DNA of 63,960 bases, filler included, from Reclinomonas americana ATCC 50394 (lineage: Eukaryota), in the NCBI GenBank assembly GCA_048213135.1. It is 15 parts of 15 records of this genome, joined end to end, with 100 filler letters (N's around TTAATTAATTAA, not from the genome) between each part and the next. Parts side by side here need not be neighbours in the genome. Positions count along the whole stretch, not along the records: positions 1 to 5,653 come from AFZH01022421.1; positions 5,754 to 8,596 come from AFZH01022422.1; positions 8,697 to 16,387 come from AFZH01022423.1; 12 more parts are not named here. One strand, 5' to 3'. Shown here one piece after another: positions 1 through 11,800 of the stretch; the stretch's first letter is position 1; each line of letters starts with the position of its first letter. A program made the position numbers and the translations under genes. Below the pieces are notes generated by a model. That model was not told where the DNA came from and did not search any database. It was given only the letters and a program-made list of their open reading frames with translations.

Positions 1-254
1 AAGCCGCAGAGTGACGCGAACATGTGCCTGAACACCTCGTCACTGTTCTCCGGTAAGCAGGCATTCTCGGGCGGGAGAAGATGAGTGTGAAGAGAGTTGG
101 AGTGCAATGACTGCCTCCATTCTTTCGCGTGAACAACAGCCAGCGTGGAAAGGGCGGGAGTGCTCGCATTTCCTTTTTAAGTGTTTTTCCTTTTTTGTCG
201 GAGCTGAACAGGCTGACTGTGCAATCTTCATCGCTGCGATCCACAAAAAACAGC

Positions 255-378
255 AAAAGAGAGGAGTGCGGCAGCGCCAGGGGTTCAGAATGCATCGCGT
301 TCACGATCACCCGAAAATGATGTGACCACGACGCTTCCCGAGAAGAAGTCGATGAAGGCGCTTACCTATGCCTCTCTC
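255..378 (-). ncRNA. Candidate small structured ncRNA, copy A (Pol III-like; vault/Y-RNA-like architecture)
   Basis: Minus strand reads GAGAGAGG-CAUA-GGUAAGCGCC-UUCAUCGA...CAUUCUGAACCCCUGGCGCUGCC-GCACU-CCUCUCU-UUUU. The 5' and 3' ends pair in two stems, followed by T4 and T6 runs. Ends are conserved with copy B while the middle differs. Confidence 0.55.
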
Positions 379-437
379 GAAGGATACAGAGTGGGACGGA
401 AGCCCGTCAAATATGCACCACCTCGAGTGTTCAGCCT

Positions 438-449
438 CGATTGTGGGAC
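438..449 (-). promoter_or_regulatory. snRNA-type upstream element GTCCCACAATCG for ncRNA copy A
   Basis: Lies at -71..-60 from the GAGAGAGG start, same spacing as in copy B. Matches the Dictyostelium DUSE (WCCCAYAA) and resembles the plant USE (RTCCCACATCG). Confidence 0.55.
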
Positions 450-567
450 GCGACAATGTTCGCCAAGTCGATTGTGAGTTCGACGGACTGTGCATGCATG
501 CGCAAATGATCGCGAAGCCGGTGCCTCCGCGACGTACATACGGGTGATCGCCAGCCAAAAAAGCAAC

Positions 568-667
568 AAAAGAGAGAGGAGTGCGGCAGCGCCAGGGTGT
601 TGAATGTGCCGTCCGGAGACAATACTTTCGTGGGATCTCGATGAAGGCGCTTACCTTAGCCTCTCTC
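568..667 (-). ncRNA. Candidate small structured ncRNA, copy B
   Basis: GAGAGAGG-CUAA-GGUAAGCGCC-UUCAUCGA...CAUUCAACACCCUGGCGCUGCC-GCACU-CCUCUCUC-UUUU, with an internal GAAA-capped hairpin and a T6 run at 557-562. Confidence 0.55.
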
Positions 668-726
668 GGGGTACGGATGCAATGGCACGAGCCCCTCATA
701 TGTGCACCGCGGCGAGTGTTCGGCCT

Positions 727-738
727 CGATTGTGGGAC
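727..738 (-). promoter_or_regulatory. snRNA-type upstream element GTCCCACAATCG for ncRNA copy B
   Basis: Identical 12-mer and identical -71..-60 spacing to copy A. Confidence 0.55.
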
Positions 739-1263
739 GAGAGTTGTCGTTCTCTGTGTTCGGATCGATATGAAATTCGAACACAAGCATTGTCGCTCCT
801 GCAGCACCTGATCATCGTGGGCCGACAGCGCAATAGGCTCTCTCTGCATACGACGTGAAACAAGCATCCCATGATCATTTGATCATGACGCTGTCACGCA
901 CACTGCCTCTGTGGGACTTCTCCTTTTTTCCTCATCCTTTCTCCTTCTCCGACACAAATGCGTGCACTCTTTCTCACTTTCTCTCTCTCTCTCTATAGCT
1001 ACCACTTTCTTTGGCTGTGATCAGCAAAGTTTTGTTACACGAGAGGTGCCCTCGCTGCCGACGTCCCGCACTGAAACCAAGCATTTCGGTCTTGGCCACT
1101 CATCCTCCACTGGACACACACAAACACACAAAAAACCAGCAGAACAAACGAGCGGCCACTTTCATTCGTTTTGTGAGCATCCAAGTGACCGCTTGACTGC
1201 GGAGTTGAAGGCAGAATCGCGCGCGCGCGCGCGGCGGGGGGGGGAAGGCTTCGACTCACGGCA

Positions 1264-2813
1264 TCACACCAGCAGGATTCGCAAACCGATCGCGAACGTC
1301 TGCACGTGTCGATCCATAGCCAACTGCGACCGGGGGCAGTTGTCGCGGTTGGCGACAATGCTGTAGGCCTTGGGCCGGAACACTGTGTTGCCCGTGACTT
1401 GGGGAGCAAACCTTCCGTCGTCTACCGAGATGTGGCCGACGGAAGACAGCAGGGCCAGGTAGCCGTTCGACGCGTTCACGGTGGTGTAAGAAGCGTATGG
1501 GGACACAGCACACCAATAGATGGGAAACTGGTATGGAATCCTGACTTTGGCACCAGTGCCGGCGAGGCTGTAGCCAGGTGGCACGTCAAGAAGCTCAGTT
1601 GGTGCCGCAGCTGGACTGTACAGGCTCGCGGTGGAGCTGAACGAGACGTCCAGCCTCCGTTGTGACAACTTACTGTTCACGCTGACCGTGTACGCACGGA
1701 AAGAGCAAACCGGCTATTGAGGCGTGGGCACAGTGTCAGGCAACAGAAAGAATTTGAAAAAAATACTCCTCCGCGAAAGTTCACGTGCACGCAACACGAA
1801 AACCTGATGCCGTCAATGTGACCGCAATCTCCCAGCGAGTTGGCCTGAAACTGCTGAGAAAGGTGAAGACCGGGTACGATCCGGCAAGGTAGCAGTTTCC
1901 TGCAAACTCTGAGTTCGCGGCGCGACTGACCATGCCACCACCACCAGTGAGGAAATAATTAGCAGGAGCGGCGGACGCGGTAGCCTGCATCCGGATATAT
2001 ATAGCCGTGTGCAGCACATCAGCAAGGCTTCAGGGCACGAACTGGAAGCAAGTGGCAGTGCAACGTACATCATATTGTGAAGTATATGGAGCCAGGTGAT
2101 CGGGGAAGACTGCCTGTGCAGTGGTTGCGGGCCCAACGGTGATACTCGACACGTACAGCCGTCGGCCAGGATCGTACAGGCCGTAGGCGACGCAACGCAA
2201 AAATGCTCTGCACGATCCGCTCTCGGCCTGAGAGGTAACACGCGTGAGGAGAACTATACGTATACGGGAGAGGGAAACACAAGTGAGTCTCTCGCTATCA
2301 ACTCACCATCGCCGATCCTTCCCAGCCGTTTCCATCAGACTTTGGCACAGTCTTAACAATCACGAATGCGTTCTGACCTGAACACTCCGGGCCAGTGGAG
2401 AGCGGGACAACCTCCACGCCACCGCTGACAAGCGCAAACTCGTACCCCGCTGCAGTGGGAAGGGCAGCCGAGCAAGTGATGTAGACTGGCCGCAATATGG
2501 ATGCAACCCTCGTGGCAGTCCAAGCGGCGCCCTCATCATAAAAACCGTTGACGCTAGGAGCGATGCTGGGGGTTGTAGCGTCCGTGGCCAGTGCCTCGAC
2601 GAGGCTCTCCACCTATGTGCGTATGTTAAAAAGCTATAGCATGCGATAATTGATTGCGATGCTGAACACCACACGCACGGCATCCATGTTGAGCGCGTTC
2701 AAAGCCTCTTTATCCTGCACAGGGTCGGCGGCGACGTGCACCACTGTCATGATCAGTGCGACAAGCAGCAGCAGCAGCAGCGATGCAGCTGAGACAAGAA
2801 CAGAAACACGCAT
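1264..2813 (-). CDS. Multi-exon secreted protein of unknown function
   Basis: Signal peptide MRVSVLVSAASLLLLLLVALIMTVVHVAA|DP. GT..AG introns link ORF pieces at 2612-2306, ~2240-1790 and ~1690-1264. No family recognised. Confidence 0.6.
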
Positions 2814-3542
2814 GGTCTTCTCTCTCAACAAGCGAAGAAATATAATTTGAGCGCGAAAACCAAGAATTCGCGCGCCAAAACCATGATGAACGCTTATTTC
2901 CGATCTCGTAACGGCAAGTTTTCGCGCGTGGAGTCGACATGTTTCGCGCGCACCGTAGGATCCTGGAGTCGCGGCCATGTGCACACTGGCAGGCGCGTGT
3001 GGGTCTCCTGCATGCGCAGGCAATCCAGTCCAGCGTCGGCAGTTGCTTCGGCTGCAGCTGGCTGTCGCGCGCGGACCACCGGTACCAGCAACCGCATGCG
3101 CATGCACGCCACAACGAAAAGCGGACAATGCATCGCAGTGTTGTGACAAAACAAGTGCACGCTGCGCTGCGTGCACGTGCACATGTACAATACAATCTAC
3201 CACAGCGCAGCCACAAAATAATAATAGAAACTTCACTGATCCATACACAACAATGAGCATCTACCAGTGATCGCCAACAAGTCTCGTGTGCTTTCCGGAT
3301 CCTTCTACCAACTAAAACTGTCATTGAGTGTCATCAAGCCAAAGCCATCAAGCCAGCGAGCCAGCAGCTGGTGGTGTCTCGCAGCCTCTCGTTGACCGAT
3401 CGCGACATCTCCACTCTCGATTGCCGCCTTCAAAGGTGCGTCCGTCACATGTGCCACCGACATGATTCCACGACCCTCGACACACTGCCAAATTTGGTGC
3501 ACGTGCACGTGACTCATACCTCGGCCTCCACCTCTTGCACAC

Positions 3543-6500
3543 ATGAGCCGCGGCGACTACGACGAGCGCATCACGCTCATCGGCGGCGCACACAACGACG
3601 GCACGTCCCCACTCCCCTCCACACACACAAACAAACAAACAAACGCACATGTCGCGACATCTCACTCTATTCCTTCTCTCGCGCGTGCACAGGCCACCTC
3701 TCCGCCGGCTCTGTGACCACCGACGACGAGAAGCCAGTGCGCACCAACACTGGTGGTGGTGGCGGAGGGCGCACGGAGTTGGAGGAGCACGAGGCACCCA
3801 AGTGGGTCAGCAACTGGCGACTTTTCCTCACCACCATTTGCTTTGCCGGAGTCCAGTTTGGATGGGTGAGAGCAAAGAGAGAGAGAGAGAGAGACACACA
3901 GAGAGACACGCATGTGCATTCGTGATGTGATTCATGATTGAGTGGGAAAACTCCGCATCTCCCTCATTCTCTTTCTTTTCTCACTCTCTTTTTCTTTCTC
4001 TCTCTGTGTTTGTGTGGTACAGGCGCTTCAGATTGGTCAGATGACGCCCTTCTTGCAAGAAGACATCAAGCTGCCGAAGGCCATGTCGACATTGGTGTGG
4101 CTTGTCGGACCGCTGTCAGGTGAGAGACTCATGCGTTTCACTGCCTCCCTCCCTCACAGTGCTGCACTCTCGGAGCACTCAGCACTCTCCACTCTGTTCC
4201 CTGTCTCATTACTCAGTGGCTTCCTTCACTGTGATCTCTGCGTTTATCATCAGCAATCGCTGGCATCTCTTGTCACTCTCAGCGCCCTGCTCCTTTGCTG
4301 TTGGGGACTCTGCACACTTACTTTCTCACTCTTTCTGTACTCGCTTGGCTTCCTTCATGCGTTGAGTCACTGCTTCTCTCACTCCTTTCTCAGCTCCTCT
4401 CCCTTGTTCACCCGAGAGCTTCTCTTGGTATCTTTACACACTGTCTCCCTCGCTCCTTCAGTTCTCACAGGCAACACTTGTCACTGTGTTCACTACCTCA
4501 CTCACTCCTTCCGCACTCGCTGGAGTCACTGCTTCTCTTTCTCCTCACCTTCTCTCTTCCTCTCTTCTGCGCTTCCCCTTTGCTCTTTTGGTGTCTTCAC
4601 ACACTGTCTCCCTCGCTCCTTCACATCTCGCAAGCAACGCTCATCACTGTGTTCATTACCTCGCTCTCTCCTTCACACTCGCTGGCGTCACTGCTTCTCT
4701 CACTCCTCACCTTCTCACACTCTGTCTCCCTCGCTCCCTCTCTTTCTCGCAGGCGTAGCCATCTCTCAGTTTACTGCCTCGCCCACTCATCAGTACTCGC
4801 TGGAGTCACTGCTTCTCTCTTCCTTTCTTCTGCTCTTCCCCTTTGTTTTCTTTGTCTCCCACGCTATCTTCTCAATTCGTTGGCAACGCTCATAACTCTG
4901 TTCACTGCTCCGCTTCTCTCTCTCTTCCTCTCTTCTGCGCTTCCCCTTATCTCTCTTGGTTACCCTCCACACTGCCCTCCCTCTCCCACCCGTCACTGCT
5001 CTGGAGTTCTTCGTGCTCCTCTCATTCTGCATCCTTCCACCGCCCTTTGCTCGTTGTGATCCCACTGTCAAGACATTCTCCTCCTTCCTGTACCCTCCCT
5101 CCCCCTTCACCCCTCTCACTTGCCTCACCCCACCAGGTCTCATTGTGCAACCGACTGTCGGCGTGCTCTCCGATAAGTTGCGATTTGAACAAGTGCCTTG
5201 TCGCGCACAATCACCACCAGCTCACTCTGTCTCCTGCACAGCTGCACGAGCAAGTTTGGTCGGCGGCGGCCTTTTATTGTCGTCGGAGCCATCTGCGTCG
5301 GTGTGTTACTCGGAGTGAGGGAAACACGCTGTTTGCTGCTGGCGTGGTTGTTCACTGTTGCGCAGCCATGGCCCTGCTGTTGATCCCCAACTCTCCGGAC
5401 ATTGGACGCGCGTGGGGTGACAAGCCAGGCGAGGGTAACAACCCAGCCGCCGTGGCGCTTGCAGTTTCGTGATCATCCCGATGCCTTTCGCTTGATGTAC
5501 TACCCTCCTCTCCTGTACTTGTTAAGCGCAATGCACTGTTGCCAATGATCCTCGCTCACACGCTATCCGTTGGCACTCTTCCGCCTTATCCTGTGTACTT
5601 GTCTCTCTCCATCTTTTCTTCTCTTTTGTACGCTTCTCACCTCTTCTCTTCTCNNNNNNNNNNNNNNNNNNNNNNNNNNNNNNNNNNNNNNNNNNNNTTA
5701 ATTAATTAANNNNNNNNNNNNNNNNNNNNNNNNNNNNNNNNNNNNNNNNNNNNTCATCTCTTCTCCTCTCTCTTTCCTTCTCTTCCCATTTCTTGTTCTC
5801 CTTCTCATCCCATTACTTCTCTCCGCTTCTCTCCCCTTCTCGGCTCCTCTCATCTCTTCTCCTCTCTTCTCCTCTTCCCCCCCATTTATTCTCTTCTCTC
5901 CACTTCTCTTGTCTCTCTCCTCTCTGCTTCGGCTCCTCTCATCTCTTCTCCTCCTCTTTTCCCCCATTTATTCTCCTCTCTCCACTTCTCTTATCTCTCT
6001 CCTCTCTGCTTCTCTCCTCTTCTATCCCTTCTTGACTCTTCTCCCCCATTTATTCTCTTCTCTCCACTTCTCTTCTCTCTCTCCTCTCTGCTTCGGCTCC
6101 TCTCATCTCTTCTCCTCCTCTTCTCCCCCCTCTTTTCCTCCCTCTTTTCCTTCTCTTGTCTCTCTCCTCTCCGCTTCTCTCCTCTTCTATCCCCTCTTGA
6201 CTCTTCTTCTCTCTTCTCCTCACTCTTCTCCTCCTTCTTTTCCTTCCCTTTGCATTTCTTCTCATCTCTCATCTTCTCGCCCTCCGTTCCCCCTTTCCCC
6301 TTCCCCCTCTTCCCCCTCCTTCCCCTTCCCCCTTATCCCCCCTTTCCCCTCCTTCCCCTTCCTTCCCCCTTCCCCCTCATCCAGGTCATCGGCTTCGCTC
6401 TCTTGGACTGCAGCAACAACATGCTACAGGGACCGTGCCGTGCACTTTTGGTGGACGTGGCACATCCAGAACAGCAAGAGATCGGCAACGCATTCTTCTC

Positions 6501-8093
6501 CGTCGCCCTCGGTGCGTGCCGCCGACTCACCACCTCTCAAGCACTCCCTTTCCCTTCCCTCATTTCCTCCTCCCCCAGGCATCGGCAACGTGGCTGGCTA
6601 CCTGGCCGGCACCGTCAAGTGGTCCACCATGATGCCGTGGCTCAACACATCGGCGTGCCTCTCTGCCTGCGGCAGTGCACGCTTTGCATTCAGTTTCGTC
6701 AACCTTTTCTTCCCTCCCCTTCTCTCTTCCTCTTTCCTGACTCTCGCGCAGGTCTTTCCGTGATCTTCCTGTCGGTGACCGTATTCATCACCGCGTGGAC
6801 CACATCGGAGAAGCCGCTGAAGAAGTTGCCGGGCCCCAAGCCGCACTGCTGCCGCAGCACCGCCAAGGTGTTTATCGACATTTTCCGGTCCATTCGACAC
6901 ATGCCGTCGGCCATGATTCGCATCTGCCTCGTCCAGTTCTTCTCGTGGTTTGTATCTCTTTCGCACCCGTTCCCTTCCTTCGCTCGCCTTCCTCGTCGTC
7001 GCTCACTCCTCTCCGCAAAGGATTGGCTGGTTCGCCTTCCTCATCTCCATCACGGATTGGGTGGGCCAAGACGTCAACGGCGGCAACCCGCAAGCCGATC
7101 CCGGCACGAGCGCCAGGGAAAAGTACGAGGAAGGTGTACGCATGGCGCAGTACGGCCTGGCTGGCTACGCCGGCCTTTCGCTCGCCGTGTCGCCACTCAT
7201 CGCCAAAGCATCGAAGAAGTTTGGCGAGCGTACCGTGTGGTTCTTTGGTCAGATTTGCATGGCTGTGGCCCTCGGCGTCACGCCGCTGGTCAACTCCATC
7301 GCATGTTACTTTTTCTCCTGTGCTCTATGTGCATCTCGCGACGCTTTGCATGTACTCATGCTTGGCGTGCAGCTGCCTGCATCGTGATCACGGTCTTTGG
7401 CATCCCGTGGGCGGTCACCATGATCATCCCGTACGCCATGACAGCCAGCGTGTCTCCGCTGCAAGACCGCGGGCTGTTCATGGGTTCGTGTATAGCAGTC
7501 GGGGATTGTGTGCGTGTGAGAAGAGAGAGAGAGAGAGTGAGTGAGAGGGGAGAACTCACGCCTCTCTGGTTTTCCTCTCTCGCTCCATCCCTTTGCCTCT
7601 TTCCTCTCATCTTTGTCTCACATCCCCTCCGTTTCCGGTTGTCTCTTGCACTCTTATTCTCACTCCTCACTCACCTTTGTTACATTTTGCATTCCGCTCC
7701 TGTCCTTCACACTTTTTGCTCTCCTTCTTGTTCCCGTTCTGGGCGTGTCTGTGCACTGCAGCTGGCTGACACACAGTTGGCGCGCAGGCACACTGAATAT
7801 CTTTGTCGTGCTGCCGGAGTTCCTGATGGCCCTCGTACAAGGTCCACTGGTCACCAAGTTCAACAAGGTGTACGCCGGACTGCTGCTCGGTGCCGGTGCC
7901 TCCATCATTTGTTGCGTCGCCTTCGCTCTTTCTCCTCCCTCTTCTATTTCCTGCCACTAACGCTTGAAAATCAGCCGCCCTCTGCTGCTTCTTGCTGATT
8001 GTGCGCAAGGGCAAGGGCGAACTGACGAGAGAGACGCGCGCCGAGTACGGCACCCTGCACTCCGACGTCGAGTCAACGAGCTCGAAGCACTAA
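3543..8093 (+). CDS. Sucrose/H+ symporter-like MFS transporter (plant SUC/SUT, SLC45 family), multi-exon, spans a gap
   Basis: Spliced motifs AGVQFGW|ALQ, WLVGPLSG|LIVQPTVGVLSD, SKFGRRRPFI, LLDCSNNMLQGPCRALLVD, FFSW|IGWFAF, GLFMG|TLNIFVVLPE. Confidence 0.92.
4130..5030. repeat. Degenerate intronic minisatellite / pyrimidine-rich repeat
   Basis: Recurrent units such as gctggagtcactgcttctct and cacactgtctccctcgctcc inside a transporter intron. Confidence 0.7.
5654..5753. other. Artificial scaffold gap spacer (first of 14)
   Basis: N44-TTAATTAATTAA-N44 with six-frame stops. Others at 8597, 16388, 20876, 23142, 29353, 33163, 35837, 36973, 43094, 44299, 48420, 60821 and 62021. Genes continue across several of them and true gap sizes are unknown. 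Confidence 0.98.
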
Positions 8094-8715
8094 AGAAATC
8101 CACCGCAAGTGGACACGATAGGAGAGTCCCCACGTGGGGGCGAGAAGAAGAGCTTGTGTTTTTCCTTTATGAAAGTTTTGTTTGCGTTTCATCATCGCCG
8201 AGTTGTCCTGCAGGCAGTTCGAAATCGAGTTGCCGGCAAGTGCACAGCCGCGCTCGTCCCTTCTTCTCTCTGTCTCTTCTCCTCTGTGTCTCTCTCTCCT
8301 ACCATCCGTCGACGAAAATGTCGTTTTCCAACGCGGGTGCGCCACCAGATCGCTCTGGCGGGAATCCCTCCTTCTCCATCTCCTCCTCCTCCCATTCCTC
8401 TTCCTCCTCTTCTTCATCATCGCTGCGCCACCTCCTCACCTCACACGCGGCCTCTCTCGCCAAACACTCTCTCCACCGGCGATTCCGTCACAAGAGGCGC
8501 GTCTCGCCCGACCATCTCCAACACATGCTCGCCACCGCACGACGCCGCCGCCTCCACGGTGACTCACCTTCCTCTCCACCTCCACCTCCTCCACCTNNNN
8601 NNNNNNNNNNNNNNNNNNNNNNNNNNNNNNNNNNNNNNNNTTAATTAATTAANNNNNNNNNNNNNNNNNNNNNNNNNNNNNNNNNNNNNNNNNNNNTCCG
8701 TCGTCGACTCTACCG

Positions 8716-8808
<93 letters not shown>

Positions 8809-8813
8809 CACAG

Positions 8814-11800
8814 GTCTTTCTGGGGAGCTATAGCGCATACGTGTTGGTGCACAAGATCCTCCGACAGGTGTTGGACGGTTCGCTCGACGTGAAGGAGGTC
8901 TTTGACATTCTCGTGGACTCGGGCACCAGCAACAGCAGGTGCTGTTTGTCGCGCATCTCCTTGCCACCGGCGTGAATCCGTTTGTTGATGCATGTGCGTG
9001 GATGCAGGTGTCGACTGAGTTGGTGGTCACTGTTCACGCAAGTGGGTGCTATTCGTCGCAATCCGCTCTCCGACATGACCGATGCCTACCTGGCCAGCCA
9101 TCGCATGACGGGTGGTGCTCCGTTCGAACCGAGCCTGCAGAGCCACATGTCGGACGATCGCGTTTCCCTTCACGATCCTTCAGTGCAGGTGTGTTGGTGA
9201 TGACAACAGTCGGTGAATGCGCAACTGCTGACTGGTGCCGCAGTGTTTGGAGCCACACGGTGGCCACACGTACTGGTTGGAGGAGAATCTGCTGCATGAA
9301 GTGCTGGAACGATTCCCCTTCTTCCACGCGGTCACCAAGGTCACTCTTCCTTTTCTTTCTGTTCTTCTCTTCCTGTCTGACACTGGGGAGTTCGCAGGTG
9401 GTCGGAAGCTTTCACACCAGTCACGGCCAGTACGAGCAGCGCATGGCCCGTTTCCGCAGCTTTCTCGGCTACCGCGGTACGGAACACATACGTTATTGGC
9501 CACTGTGCGCTCGCGCTCACTTCCAGATCATGTACAGGAATCACCAGCGGTCTGTTCCCGGCCACGTCACGCATCTCGGTCAAGGTGCAGGGACATTTGC
9601 AGGCGTTTATGAGCTGCACGAACAAGTTGATGTCAGAGGTCGGTTGGCCTTCACTTGCTCGCTTTTGCAACCATAAGACCAACGTGGTTTCTTCCGTTGC
9701 CGTGCACAGCTACTCGGCACCTCGGACGAGTTCTTCTTCTTCATTCAGCGCAACAACAGTGTGGCCGAATCGGGTGTGCAGTCGCTATTGCACGGGTTGC
9801 GCCTGCGGGCCGCCTCCCAGCACTTTGTGCGATTTGTTCAGCACGATGATTCCGGGTGCAAGGAAATGGTGCGCACACGCCCATCCCATCCCAACTCCGT
9901 CAGTTCTAACTCGCTTTTGTCACTTGTGTTTTGCAGTCAAGTGCATGCCCTTACTGGTTGCAGATGGATCCGCCTGCATTCCGCGCTGCAGTCGTCACTC
10001 GTATTCATGAACTCATCAAGACCGAAGGTCTCCCCACCCACCCTCGTGCAGTTGGTTTGCGGACTACGTGTATGTATGCTCATCAATGCGTCGATCCAGA
10101 TTCGGCGGTGGCGGACCTGGAAAAGAAAACCACCGTTCTCAACATTCGCGCCCTCACCATTTCACCGTGGTCTGGCTGGCTCGTACTGTGTGAGCAGGTG
10201 TACCACGCGCTGGCGTCGCGGTTTGTTGCTATTGTTGTTGTCTCACCACTGTTCCCGTTGATGCCTCCCTTGACTCACGTGCCTCCGTCTCAGCATGGTC
10301 AACATGTACGACTTGCTGTTTGACATTCTCGACTCGCCCGTGTTTCGTCGCCGCCATGCATTCGTCTTAACGTTCTTCATACTCACTCACTTGTGCGATG
10401 TCACAGAGTCCGCGGACTGAGGAATCGCAGCACTCTGTACTGGTTCATCCTGCAGCTGCTGGGCATGGTGTGCGAGCCGAGCGAGGCACGGGAGCGCGGT
10501 GCTCGCGAAAACAAGATGTTGCTGTTCACGAGGATTGCCGATCTGTTTGAGCTGGCATTCAGCGGCAGCGATACGGGCATGGGATCGTCATCGTCGGCGG
10601 CTGCTATGTCGATGGTCGGCGGCTCCATGCATGCGCCTGGGCACCCGCTTGCCATTCGCGACAAGGCGTTGGAGTACTTGGTTGCGTACTCCTTCTAAGG
10701 CCTGCGTGACGTAATCAATTCTTTCGTTGACGTGCTCCGTTCTCGGCAGATTGTGCGCCGCGTCTCGCCGCACGCTGGACAGGCGTTCTTCGATGTCCCC
10801 AGCACGTATGAACGGGTTGGCCAGGAATCGTTGCGCCGCGCCGACAAGTGGATTGGTGCGTATCCTGCAGTGTTATTCTTGCCGTCTCGTGCCGTGACGC
10901 TCAGATCCTCGCTCTGCAGAGGCACACATGAACTCCAACTTCAAGACGCTGTTCGAGTCGGATGAGAAGCGATCGATGCTGTCGCTGCTGGCAAACAGCC
11001 ATCCGACACAAATTCTGGACCTGGTGATACGCAGCGTTGACAGTGCGGTCTGTTTGCGTCCGAGTTGTTCATGAGGGTTCTAGTCGCGACGATTCACCGT
11101 CTGTTGCGCAGCAAATATTACCGCCCACCGAGTTGCTGATGATCCTCGGTCCAGCCATTTGCAATCGGTGCGTCCATTCTCTTCTCTTCACTTCGTGTGT
11201 CCGTGCGTATATGTGTCTCATTTGATTCGAGCAGGCTGGTCGAAAAGTTGATTGAACGCCTGCTGCAACAGTGCACCACGTTGCACCTGGAGCTTTTGGC
11301 ACGCCTCCTGTACATTACGTTTTCCACAAAGTACGCATTCACATGGCCTCGCATGAGTCGATGCAGCTCGTCTCACCTTCATGCGTGCGTTGTGCAGTGG
11401 TGTGCCGCATGCCATCATGTCATGCCTGGCCAGTCGGTCGCCGAAACTGCTGTCCGTGCTCGACTTGATCTCCTATCGCATTTTGCGCTTGTTCTGGTGC
11501 GGTACCTCTCTAGCCACGAGCCATTATGTGAGCCACGCATCTCACTCTGGCACACCTGCAGGCATGCGGACGCTGGTGACGATTTGCTGTACGCGCACGT
11601 GCTGCCTATGATGATGACGCAGGCGACGGACAGTGTGATCTACCAGTCGGCCTTGCAATTGGGTGCGCGACATTCTCGTTAAGTTCACAAACTTCATCCT
11701 CCTTCTACGCTGACTTGCTTTCGTGTAGTGTGTCGACTCTCGTCGTCGCTTCTCGGGCCACCGACCGATGCTTCGGTGTTGAACTGCGTGGCACCGGGTG

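Noticed and set aside
255..667. The small-RNA units as spliced-leader RNA, U1 snRNA or tRNA(Sec)
   Set aside because: AG|GUAAG is present but an Sm-like site appears only in copy A. There are no U1 loops in the right orientation and no cloverleaf or T-arm. SL RNA is not fully excluded.
3942..6763. Long Ser/Leu/Phe-rich ORFs (254-317 aa)
   Set aside because: Stop-poor pyrimidine-rich intron sequence within the transporter gene.
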